This document shows positions 36,250-44,103 of a DNA stretch of 46,015 nt, in pieces. The stretch is from the IMG/VR virus record IMGVR_UViG_3300032241_002818, positions 1-46,015 of that record. One strand, given 5' to 3'. Each line of letters starts with the position of its first letter. The first letter of the stretch is position 1. The position numbers and the translations under genes are program-made. This DNA is from a virus. Its lineage: Duplodnaviria > Caudoviricetes. The notes below the pieces were generated by a model. That model made no database searches. It was not told the DNA's origin and worked only from the letters and a program-made list of their open reading frames with translations.

Positions 36250-36804
36250 ATGAATGGACTTGAACAACCAAATACATCATATGCTATATTATCATCTAAA
36301 AATTTAGATGCATTATCATCTATTTTATATGCTAATGAGTATCAAATACTCCCAATACAAGGTTATTACAAAGGACAATTTGAAGAAAGTGTAATGGCAT
36401 TCAAAATGGGTGATAATGACAATCTTCGCAAAGATATTATATTTATATTAGACCACTTTAACGTTGATTCGGCTATTATAAAATATTTAGGTGATACAGA
36501 GGTTAAAAAGATTTTTAACAATGGCACTGAACAACCCCTTGATGTTATAATGTATAATACTAATGAAAATAATAAATCATACATACATAATGGTATATCA
36601 TTTTCTTTTATTGAGAAACCAAGATATTGGAAGCCTAAAACAATGAACGATCTAAAAGTAGGTATGATTGTAGAATATTTAAACAATAATAAATGGTGTG
36701 AAAAAATTATAAAAAATCCAGAAGAGGAATGGAATAAGATGTTTGCACTATTGACAAAATACGAAAAGGTGAGAATTGCACAAAATAAACCAATTTTTTC
36801 ATAA
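36250..36804 (+). CDS. Hypothetical late protein, possible SAM-lyase-like/DUF3293-like fold
   Basis: QGYYKGQFEESVMAF..FNVDSAII resembles the G-x-Y..E-x-S..F-x-Q-D-S pattern, with the Q replaced. Confidence 0.35.
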   Translation: MNGLEQPNTSYAILSSKNLDALSSILYANEYQILPIQGYYKGQFEESVMAFKMGDNDNLRKDIIFILDHFNVDSAIIKYLGDTEVKKIFNNGTEQPLDVIMYNTNENNKSYIHNGISFSFIEKPRYWKPKTMNDLKVGMIVEYLNNNKWCEKIIKNPEEEWNKMFALLTKYEKVRIAQNKPIFS

Positions 36805-36807
36805 AAT

Positions 36808-36838
36808 AAAAAAAGCACTCAATTAGAGTGCTTTTTTT
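36808..36838. terminator. Bidirectional intrinsic terminator
   Basis: AAAAAAGCACTC-AATTA-GAGTGCTTTTTTT. Confidence 0.85.
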
Positions 36839-37568
36839 ATTTTATTGTAAACCACACATATTGTCTTTCCCAATTAGGAGTTTCTTTAAAGTAATAAGTA
36901 TTATCTAAAATATTATTAACTAAAATTAAACCTGGTTTATTTTGCGAACTTCCTCTACAAACAATTATCTTATCATTGGTTATATTCTCATCAAATATTA
37001 TATCAATACCTATATTAAAATCACCGTTGAACCAACGCCAATTGTTTCTACCAACTATAACTGATGTTGCTGTACCAATTCTACCTTCTGTTGCAATAAA
37101 ATTTGAAGCAAACATTATCTTAGTAAGAATCTTTCTGAAGTTAATATTATTATTTTCTTCTAATGTTTTATGTGGATCATTCATTGCTACATAATCTAAA
37201 TTTAGAGGACTATTATGTTTTTGCTTTGTATTCTTTTCTAAGAAATTAATAACATTATTATATAAAAACTCATTATCTTTATAATTTTGAGCACTTACAT
37301 TCATAGTCATCATCTGTGGTGTTATAAAACCACCAATAGTATCATCACCCCATTGTGATAAGTTAGATTCGCTATAATCACCATTTTCTTCAATCTCATC
37401 CAATACGGTATCAATAGCAAGATTTCTTTTCTTTCTCTTCTCTTCTCTTTTTATTTCTTCGTTCTCATAAACGAAGTCCACATACATGATCTGAGCGCTT
37501 GAAGCCATTGTTTTATTCTCTTCTGAATAGTTACAAATTTTTTCTAATTTATCTTTAAAAGCTATCAT
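36837..37568 (-). CDS. Internally deleted major-capsid paralog carrying an internal RxxA-Ixx-VL motif
   Basis: IMYVDFVYE ~ MCP LLYIDFQYD; RKILTKIMFASNFIATEGRIG ~ RKLITKIAHASNYIATEGRVG; NDKIIVCRGSSQNKPGLILV ~ DNRIVLGRKNNPDQPGIIFV. Confidence 0.75.
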   Translation of the reverse strand: MIAFKDKLEKICNYSEENKTMASSAQIMYVDFVYENEEIKREEKRKKRNLAIDTVLDEIEENGDYSESNLSQWGDDTIGGFITPQMMTMNVSAQNYKDNEFLYNNVINFLEKNTKQKHNSPLNLDYVAMNDPHKTLEENNNINFRKILTKIMFASNFIATEGRIGTATSVIVGRNNWRWFNGDFNIGIDIIFDENITNDKIIVCRGSSQNKPGLILVNNILDNTYYFKETPNWERQYVWFTIK

Positions 37569-38313
37569 ATTTATTTCTCATTCCTATTTTTTGTAAGCTA
37601 TTATTAATAACTTTTTGTAATTCTTCTTTAGATAAAGAACCCAATTTTTGAAGTAATTGGAGATTTCTTTGATACCACTTCATATCAGGTGCTGGACGAT
37701 CGTGATATAAATGATAACATCTACCAGGAACTTCAGCCCATGTAAGAAAGTTTTTAACTTTTACTTCTTGAAAGTCATCTTCTCCACCCCAGCCTATAAA
37801 ATCTTCAGACCAACCACCTATTTTATTAATAGCATCTTTTCTGAAAATACAAATTCCACCACACATAGGCACTTTCTGAATATCAGTCTCACCTCTACCT
37901 GGTCTATCTACTTTTAACATCTCTCTTAATTGTAAATTAGATTCTTGTTGTGTTAGATCAACAACAGAGTTATATGGACTTACCATTTCATATTCATTAA
38001 TTAATTTAATTGATTCAATGAACTTATTAGGATCCATTATCAAATCACTATCACCAAATATAATAACATTGGAATTTGCATATTTAGCACCAACATTAAA
38101 TCCCCAAGATTTATTAAATGGCATATCTGATTTAACAAAAATATGCTTTGCATTTATTTTTAAATTTGATATTTTAGAATGCTTATCTTGCTCAACAACA
38201 ATTATTTCTGAGCCAGTAAATGAATTAACCCATTCAAGTGTTCTCTTTAAATTATTATATCTTTCTATATTGTGTCTATAGCTGATTATATAAGTGAAAT
38301 TAAAATTTGACAT
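37555..38313 (-). CDS. Glycosyltransferase (GT2/GT7 galactosyltransferase-like)
   Basis: IIVVEQD, FNKSWGFNVG, FGDSD (DxD), GGWSEDFIGWGGEDD, HLYH. Confidence 0.88.
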   Translation of the reverse strand: MSNFNFTYIISYRHNIERYNNLKRTLEWVNSFTGSEIIVVEQDKHSKISNLKINAKHIFVKSDMPFNKSWGFNVGAKYANSNVIIFGDSDLIMDPNKFIESIKLINEYEMVSPYNSVVDLTQQESNLQLREMLKVDRPGRGETDIQKVPMCGGICIFRKDAINKIGGWSEDFIGWGGEDDFQEVKVKNFLTWAEVPGRCYHLYHDRPAPDMKWYQRNLQLLQKLGSLSKEELQKVINNSLQKIGMRNKYDSF

Positions 38314-38385
38314 ATTTTTAGTTAATATTTTATTTATTTTATATATAATTACTATCTTTGTTTAAAAAATATATATAAATAATTA

Positions 38386-38928
38386 ATGATTGATTTAAAA
38401 AGATGTAATTATATAACAGGTGATTTATCACAAGTTGGCTATGGTGTTTCTGATATAATAAATATGTTAGAACTAAGTGGCTTAAATTGTTTATTAATAA
38501 CTAGACCCAAACCTCTTGATTCATCCACTAAGAATGAAATAACAACACTAATTCATCACATGAACCCACAATATATGTTTAAGAATTTTGATGAGTTTGA
38601 AAAACTACTTAGTGATAAATCCAATTTTTTCAGAACTGATTTGATCGTATTTGATTTTTGGTCAATAAATAAAATATCTTTATTTAAATATAAAGAACTT
38701 ATTGATAAGTTAGAAATTGATTATATAATAATCGCTAAGGAATATACATATAAAACATCTGATGATGTAACTGATTATCACATAACATCACAGTACGATT
38801 ATAGCTCCACAATATATAAAAGTGAACGATTAATAAAAGATAATATAAATGGTTGGTCATCTACTTTTAAATCATTGAAAGAAGCTTATATAAGAGATAA
38901 GAAACTAGATGAACTATTAGGTGATTAA
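38386..38928 (+). CDS. Hypothetical protein (degenerate P-loop/RecA-like pattern) with C-terminal RDKKLDELL motif
   Basis: NYITG N-terminal strand without GKT; DLIVFD is Walker-B-like. Ends YIRDKKLDELLGD. Confidence 0.5.
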   Translation: MIDLKRCNYITGDLSQVGYGVSDIINMLELSGLNCLLITRPKPLDSSTKNEITTLIHHMNPQYMFKNFDEFEKLLSDKSNFFRTDLIVFDFWSINKISLFKYKELIDKLEIDYIIIAKEYTYKTSDDVTDYHITSQYDYSSTIYKSERLIKDNINGWSSTFKSLKEAYIRDKKLDELLGD

Positions 38929-38965
38929 AGATAATTAAAAAAGCCACCCTTAAAGTGACTTTGAT

Positions 38966-39157
38966 TTATCCTAATATAATACCTGGTGATCTATATCCTA
39001 TCTGTGTAGTGATTTCCAACATTTGAGAAGTAGTCAATTCTTTTGAGTTCCAACCTTTCTTTTTTGAATACTCATTGATAAATCTTTCTCTCATTAAAAT
39101 AGTTTCATCCATTGGAATTGGTTCATTCTTAATCAATTTTAAGTTTTTATCCTCCAT
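38966..39157 (-). CDS. Small hypothetical protein
   Basis: 63 aa, with AATATATA and an A-rich leader upstream. Confidence 0.55.
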   Translation of the reverse strand: MEDKNLKLIKNEPIPMDETILMRERFINEYSKKKGWNSKELTTSQMLEITTQIGYRSPGIILG

Positions 39158-39219
39158 AATTATTTTTATTTTTTATTTATATATTAAATTATTTTATTAT
39201 CTTTGTCTAAAAAATATTT

Positions 39220-39720
39220 ATGCTTGTATTCATAATATCACTTATATCAATAATAATCATCATATATTTCTTTTATATGAATAAGAAAATGATGGATAAT
39301 AAGATAAATTTAAATTGGGAAATGAAAACTGGTACTACTTGCTATTCTTGTAAAAGTAAAATATCAGATCCCATATTTTCATTTCCTATGAAACAAGATA
39401 TGGAAAATTTAACTTTATGTTTATCTTGTGAAAGAGAAGAAAAGTTAGATGTTGTAATTAAAAATAAAAAAAGTACAATAAATAAAGTAAAAAGATTTTT
39501 ATTATCAAAAAAAGGTGATAGGATAATCATGTTTAATTATATTGGGATATTAATATTCGGTTTCTCATTAAATATATTTTTAATGCTTATGGGAATTAAA
39601 AACACTTTTATATCCTTATATACATCTAACATATTAAATGTATCATATATTTATTTATTATATTATAAAACAAAATTAACAAGAGGGGATGATAAATTAA
39701 TTTTAAAAAACAATGTTTGA
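39220..39720 (+). CDS. Hypothetical membrane protein with CxxC..CxxC
   Basis: N-terminal and C-terminal hydrophobic helices; CYSC..CLSC followed by EREEKLDVVI. Confidence 0.6.
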   Translation: MLVFIISLISIIIIIYFFYMNKKMMDNKINLNWEMKTGTTCYSCKSKISDPIFSFPMKQDMENLTLCLSCEREEKLDVVIKNKKSTINKVKRFLLSKKGDRIIMFNYIGILIFGFSLNIFLMLMGIKNTFISLYTSNILNVSYIYLLYYKTKLTRGDDKLILKNNV

Positions 39721-40243
39721 GATAAAAGGCATATTAGAATTTGATCCTATTAACATATCCAAAAAACACTCACAACAATCAACTTGGAAAAAAGTTGCAA
39801 TGGTTCGTTTTTATAATGATGATACATATTTATATTATAAATGGTTATTAGAACAGAGATTTGGTATAAGAATTCCCGACACAAATGTATTTGAGTGGAA
39901 AGGAAGACTTAATGAACCAATAAGAGGAACCCACGTCACTGCTATAAATGATATCATAGATGATGAGATTTATACACAAGCTAAAGATATATTCCATGGT
40001 AAAGAAGTTTCTATTACATATGATCCAACATTAATTAGATGTAATAGAAAAGGAGATAAAATGTGGTGGCATATGAAAGTTTATTCAGATGATATTATGA
40101 ATATACGAACTGCTATGGGTCTAGGTGAACCTTATCATAGTTTACACTTGACTATTGGATTAGTCAATCCAAAGTTTATAGATCATAATGAATGGGTAAT
40201 TGATACTTGTGAAAAATTAAATATATATTTGCCAATAAGATGA
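39713..40243 (+). CDS. 2H phosphoesterase (Acb1/gp57B-like candidate)
   Basis: Two H-x-T motifs (GTHVTAI, LHLTIG) about 70 aa apart. Confidence 0.7.
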   Translation: MFEIKGILEFDPINISKKHSQQSTWKKVAMVRFYNDDTYLYYKWLLEQRFGIRIPDTNVFEWKGRLNEPIRGTHVTAINDIIDDEIYTQAKDIFHGKEVSITYDPTLIRCNRKGDKMWWHMKVYSDDIMNIRTAMGLGEPYHSLHLTIGLVNPKFIDHNEWVIDTCEKLNIYLPIR

Positions 40244-40521
40244 ATAAACAAATAATAAACATGTTAAAAATGTTAAAATTTGAAAGATATTTATTATCGG
40301 GTGGCATTGATTATGCATACTATAGATTTTATAATGGGTATATGATGGATTATTATTATGATAAAAATATAAAGAAAAATATCTTAATAATAAATTCAAG
40401 TCATACTCTATATAAAATTACAATAGATGATGAAAAAGAAATTATAGATAGTTTATTTTTATATTTTAAAGATCAAAAAGACATAATAAGAGAAATTAAA
40501 TTAAAAACAATAGGGTTATGA
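40240..40521 (+). CDS. Small hypothetical protein with C-terminal REIKLKTIGL motif
   Basis: ATGA-coupled operon gene. Confidence 0.55.
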   Translation: MNKQIINMLKMLKFERYLLSGGIDYAYYRFYNGYMMDYYYDKNIKKNILIINSSHTLYKITIDDEKEIIDSLFLYFKDQKDIIREIKLKTIGL

Positions 40522-40718
40522 AATTCAATATAGGTGATAAAGTAGTTAAGAATGACGAAAATTGGATGCCAAACGATTTTGATAGTTGGGGAAGAGGAAT
40601 AGGCATAGGTATTATAGTTGATCCACCATTTGATCTAGAAGATGATTCATTTGATGTTAGATGGCCTAAAGGTAGATGTTTTGAAAAAATAAACCAAATT
40701 AAAAAAATAACTAATTAA
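40518..40718 (+). CDS. Small SH3/KOW-like hypothetical protein
   Basis: MKFNIGDKV..GIGII..DVRW pattern. Confidence 0.55.
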   Translation: MKFNIGDKVVKNDENWMPNDFDSWGRGIGIGIIVDPPFDLEDDSFDVRWPKGRCFEKINQIKKITN

Positions 40719-40732
40719 TAATATTTATATGA

Positions 40733-41089
40733 ATGGAAGATTTTTTTGATAGCTTTAAAAAACCAGAACCTAAGTATGAACATAAAATAAAAGTAGTTCA
40801 TTTCAAAAAAGAACCTTATGATATTTACATCGGTAGACTACCTGGTGGTAAATATAATAAATGGGCTTATCCGAAAGAGCTTAGAAGTAAATTTCCTGAG
40901 GGAACCCCAAGAAAAGAAATTATAGCAGCATATGAGGAATATCTTATTTCAAATGAAGATCTAATGAATTCACTTTGTGAATTAAAAGATAAAGTAATTG
41001 CATGTTGGTGCAAAAATTTAGGAGGTGGTGGAAAGTCCTGCCACGGAGACATATTAGTTAAATGGGTTAAAAAAAAGTGCAATGACTGA
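40733..41089 (+). CDS. DUF4326-family protein
   Basis: YDIYIGR..KWAYP..ELKDKVIACWC..CHGDIL. Confidence 0.8.
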   Translation: MEDFFDSFKKPEPKYEHKIKVVHFKKEPYDIYIGRLPGGKYNKWAYPKELRSKFPEGTPRKEIIAAYEEYLISNEDLMNSLCELKDKVIACWCKNLGGGGKSCHGDILVKWVKKKCND

Positions 41090-41402
41090 AGAACAAATAT
41101 TAGAATGTACTAAAGTAGTATATGATTTTTTATGTGATGATTTTAATCGGAGGGATTATGATTCGTTAAATGAAATTCCAACCTTAAATGCCATGAGCAA
41201 AGTACTTAAAGTATATGGTTTTGGTATGATAGATTTTTGTCAATTTGTAAATGATAAATACAATTTCTACGAAAAACCCCTTTGGGTAAAAACAAGTCAA
41301 GAATTCTTCTCTGATGATTTTTCACAACCAGGTCCATCAAAGGCCAAACTTATGCTAAATTCGTTATTAAGAGATCAAAAACTAAACGAAATTTTATGTT
41401 AA
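41082..41402 (+). CDS. Small hypothetical protein with C-terminal RDQKLNEIL motif
   Basis: Overlapping operon gene; ends LLRDQKLNEILC. Confidence 0.6.
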   Translation: MTEEQILECTKVVYDFLCDDFNRRDYDSLNEIPTLNAMSKVLKVYGFGMIDFCQFVNDKYNFYEKPLWVKTSQEFFSDDFSQPGPSKAKLMLNSLLRDQKLNEILC

Positions 41403-41647
41403 AGATACACAGTAAAGTAAATACTCCATACGGAGAAGGAATATTAGTTTCTATGATTACCGAGTTTAATGGACTATACATTAAATACGAAAAAACAAAA
41501 TGTGTTGTTTGGTTCGGTTCAAATAATCCAGGTAAAAGTGATAATGGTCACGGTAGCTGGATATCAAGAGAAATATCCCTAAGTGAACTAATCAAACTAA
41601 ATCAAGATATATTAAGAGATGATAAATTATCAGAAATAGGCATTTAA
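41396..41647 (+). CDS. Small SH3-like hypothetical protein with C-terminal RDDKLSEIGI motif
   Basis: KVNTPYGEGILV..VVWF; ends ILRDDKLSEIGI. Confidence 0.6.
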   Translation: MLKIHSKVNTPYGEGILVSMITEFNGLYIKYEKTKCVVWFGSNNPGKSDNGHGSWISREISLSELIKLNQDILRDDKLSEIGI

Positions 41648-41776
41648 ATTATTTAAAATTACTTAAGAAAATTGAGAGAAATCCAAATTATTATTTATAT
41701 ATATCATGATGTTGCATGTTTTTGATCAAAATTACCAAAATATAAAACTTTTTTAACATCTACTAATATAATATCT

Positions 41777-41995
41777 ATGTTTGATAAAAATGTAAATATT
41801 ATAAAAACAAAACAAAAACAAGGCGCAACTTCTTTTTTAGAAATGTTCTCTAAATCTTTAATGGATTCTGGATATAAAGTATGTTATATAGGCTCGTCAA
41901 GAGAAAATTATATAAATTATAAAGATAATTTTAATTTTCATAGGATAATTTCATATTTTTTTAGTGAAGATTATAAAATGCTAAGTCTATCATAA
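41777..41995 (+). pseudogene. 5' fragment of an IS607-interrupted degenerate P-loop ATPase-like gene
   Basis: NIIKTKQKQGATSF..GYKVCYIG is a Walker-A-like region. The frame stops just before the IS607 tnpA upstream region. Confidence 0.55.
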
Positions 41996-44102
41996 TTATG
42001 TTTATAATATAGAAAATTTTTGATAAAGTTTATTATTTATGTATATTTTAAAAATGGAAAAAAATGACTTTTTATACTTAATATATAAACTATGGAAAAA
42101 TGGATAAAATTAAGTAAATGGGCTAAAAGTGTTGGTCTTACATATAGAACAGCAAATAGACATTTTAAAGAAGGTAAAATACCACATAAAACAAAAATAT
42201 TACCTTCTGGTGGTTTATTAGTGTGTGTAGAAGAAAATAATATTTTTGTTGATAGAGATTGTATATTATATTGTAGAGTTTCATCTCCTAATAAAAAAGA
42301 TGACCTTATTAGACAAATTGAAAGATGTAAAGAATATGCCATTAAAAATGGTTATAATATAACTAAAATTTATAAAGAGGTTGCTTCTGGTATGAATGAT
42401 AATAGAAGAGAACTAAATAAAATATTTAATGATTTAGATACTAAAAATTTTACTCTAATTATAGAAAATAAAGATAGATTAACAAGATTTGGATTTAGAT
42501 ATATTGAAAAATTCATATACTCTAAAAATTCTAAACTAATAGTTATAAATAATACAGATGATGATCAACAAGATCTTATGAAGGATTTAATATCCATTAT
42601 AACATCATTTTGTTGTAGAATATATGGTTTAAGAAGAGGTGCTAATAAAGCAAGAAATATAAAAAATAATATAGTAGATAGATGAAAACTATAGTTTATA
42701 AGATAAATGTATCAGATGATGATAGATGTATTATAAAGAAATTCCAAGAGGAATATTCTATGGATTTTCGTAGAATATATTCTAATCTTGAACTATGTAA
42801 AGATAAAGAATTTCTAATACATCTAAATACTAAATCTAGTAAACTAAAAGAATATCTAACCAAAGAAGTTATTTCATTTTATGAGAAATATCAATCAGGT
42901 AAAGATCGTATTTGTAAAAGAATAGAAGAATTAGAAAATGGAGAAATAGATAATAAAATATTCAAAAACCTAGTAAATCTAAAAAAATCACTAAAAGGTA
43001 ATATATGTTTCGGTGGTAGATTAAACTTACAAAGAAGAACTAAAGGTCTAATATCTAATGAGGAATGGAAAGATTTAAGATTATATCCTATAGTTTTCTA
43101 TGGTGAAACATCTAGAAAGGGAAATAGATTCTTTGACTTCAAAGACCTTTCTAACGGAAATATAATTTTTAAAATGGAAGGAACTGGTGTTAAAATTCCC
43201 ATTAGAATATCTAATAAAAAACACATAAAAGAATTATGTAAATTAGAAGAATTTGCTATTTTATCTAAAATTCCAATAACTATTAAACTATCTTATGATA
43301 AAATCTATTTAACTTTTGATGAAACAATTTTAAATGGTACTCACTTTGATAGTAAATTACACCAAAAGAATAAACCAAAAACTCTATCAAAAGAAGAAAG
43401 TAAAATATACTGGAAAGAGAAATATAGAGAACATGAATTATTATTAACAACAGGTAAATTAGATCGTTATATCAGTATTGATATAAATCCTAACGAAATA
43501 GGATTTTCTATATCTGATAGAAAACTAAATATAATAGATAAAGGATGCTATAAAATAATTGGTAAGGTTAATGAAACAAAAAGAAAACACGAATATTCTC
43601 AGATAATTAAAGAATTATTCAATAAAGTAAACCATTATAAAGTTAGCTATTTCATTATTGAGGAATTAAACCTAAATAAAGATAATTTTGGTAATAAAAT
43701 ATCAAATAGAAAAAATAAACTAGAATTTAAAAAGAATTTAATATTTTCTATAATAAAGAGAAGATGTAATGAAACAGGAACTATTCTTAGAGAAGTCAAT
43801 CCATGTTATTCATCATTTATTGGAAATGTAATTAATAAAGAATACGATCCAATATCTTCTTCAATAGAAATATTAAGGAGGGGTATTGATAAATATACTA
43901 AAGGATTTAAACTGATCCCGGATTTTGATAAAGACAACATATTCACTGATAAGATAGATGGATATGTTGATCTTAATCATTTTAAAGGATTTGTGGATTT
44001 GTTTAAATCTATCCGAAACAAGAGTTATCGGAGAAAGGATATATCCTTTTCAAGTCAAAAATTTACCAAAAGTGATAAAAGTCACGTTTGTCTATGTTTT
44101 TG
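41981..44102 (+). mobile_element. IS607-family element (tnpA serine recombinase + tnpB); ends approximate
   Basis: An ATGA-coupled tnpA-tnpB pair lies between two halves of one interrupted gene. No terminal inverted repeats seen, as expected for IS607. Confidence 0.8.
42092..42685 (+). CDS. tnpA: IS607 transposase (MerR-like HTH + serine recombinase)
   Basis: N-terminal HTH (LSKWAKSVGLTYRT), YCRVSS, DLIRQ, EVASGMNDNR, IENKDRLTRFGF, DLISIITSFCCRIYGLR. Confidence 0.93.
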   Translation: MEKWIKLSKWAKSVGLTYRTANRHFKEGKIPHKTKILPSGGLLVCVEENNIFVDRDCILYCRVSSPNKKDDLIRQIERCKEYAIKNGYNITKIYKEVASGMNDNRRELNKIFNDLDTKNFTLIIENKDRLTRFGFRYIEKFIYSKNSKLIVINNTDDDQQDLMKDLISIITSFCCRIYGLRRGANKARNIKNNIVDR

Positions 44103-44103
44103 A
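42682..44103 (+). CDS. tnpB: TnpB-like RNA-guided nuclease (RuvC, no C-terminal Zn finger)
   Basis: RuvC-I ISIDINP, RuvC-II FIIEEL, VNPCYSSFIG and RuvC-III YDPISSSIEILRRG. Lies downstream of the IS607 tnpA. Confidence 0.8.
   Translation: MKTIVYKINVSDDDRCIIKKFQEEYSMDFRRIYSNLELCKDKEFLIHLNTKSSKLKEYLTKEVISFYEKYQSGKDRICKRIEELENGEIDNKIFKNLVNLKKSLKGNICFGGRLNLQRRTKGLISNEEWKDLRLYPIVFYGETSRKGNRFFDFKDLSNGNIIFKMEGTGVKIPIRISNKKHIKELCKLEEFAILSKIPITIKLSYDKIYLTFDETILNGTHFDSKLHQKNKPKTLSKEESKIYWKEKYREHELLLTTGKLDRYISIDINPNEIGFSISDRKLNIIDKGCYKIIGKVNETKRKHEYSQIIKELFNKVNHYKVSYFIIEELNLNKDNFGNKISNRKNKLEFKKNLIFSIIKRRCNETGTILREVNPCYSSFIGNVINKEYDPISSSIEILRRGIDKYTKGFKLIPDFDKDNIFTDKIDGYVDLNHFKGFVDLFKSIRNKSYRRKDISFSSQKFTKSDKSHVCLCF

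Noticed and set aside
41981-42091. IS607 as an IStron (group I intron-IS hybrid) that would splice out and restore the gene
   Set aside because: Only about 110 nt of AT-rich sequence precede tnpA; there is no room for, or sign of, a group I catalytic core.
1527-42342. Numerous short antisense or alternate-frame ORFs in the track (e.g. 1527, 2850, 3381, 8684, 36366, 42037)
   Set aside because: They lie within better-supported genes, often use TTG starts, and show no motifs or promoter context.
42682-44103. TnpB as a Cas12-type CRISPR effector
   Set aside because: It is directly coupled to an IS607 tnpA, and there is no repeat-spacer array in the window.
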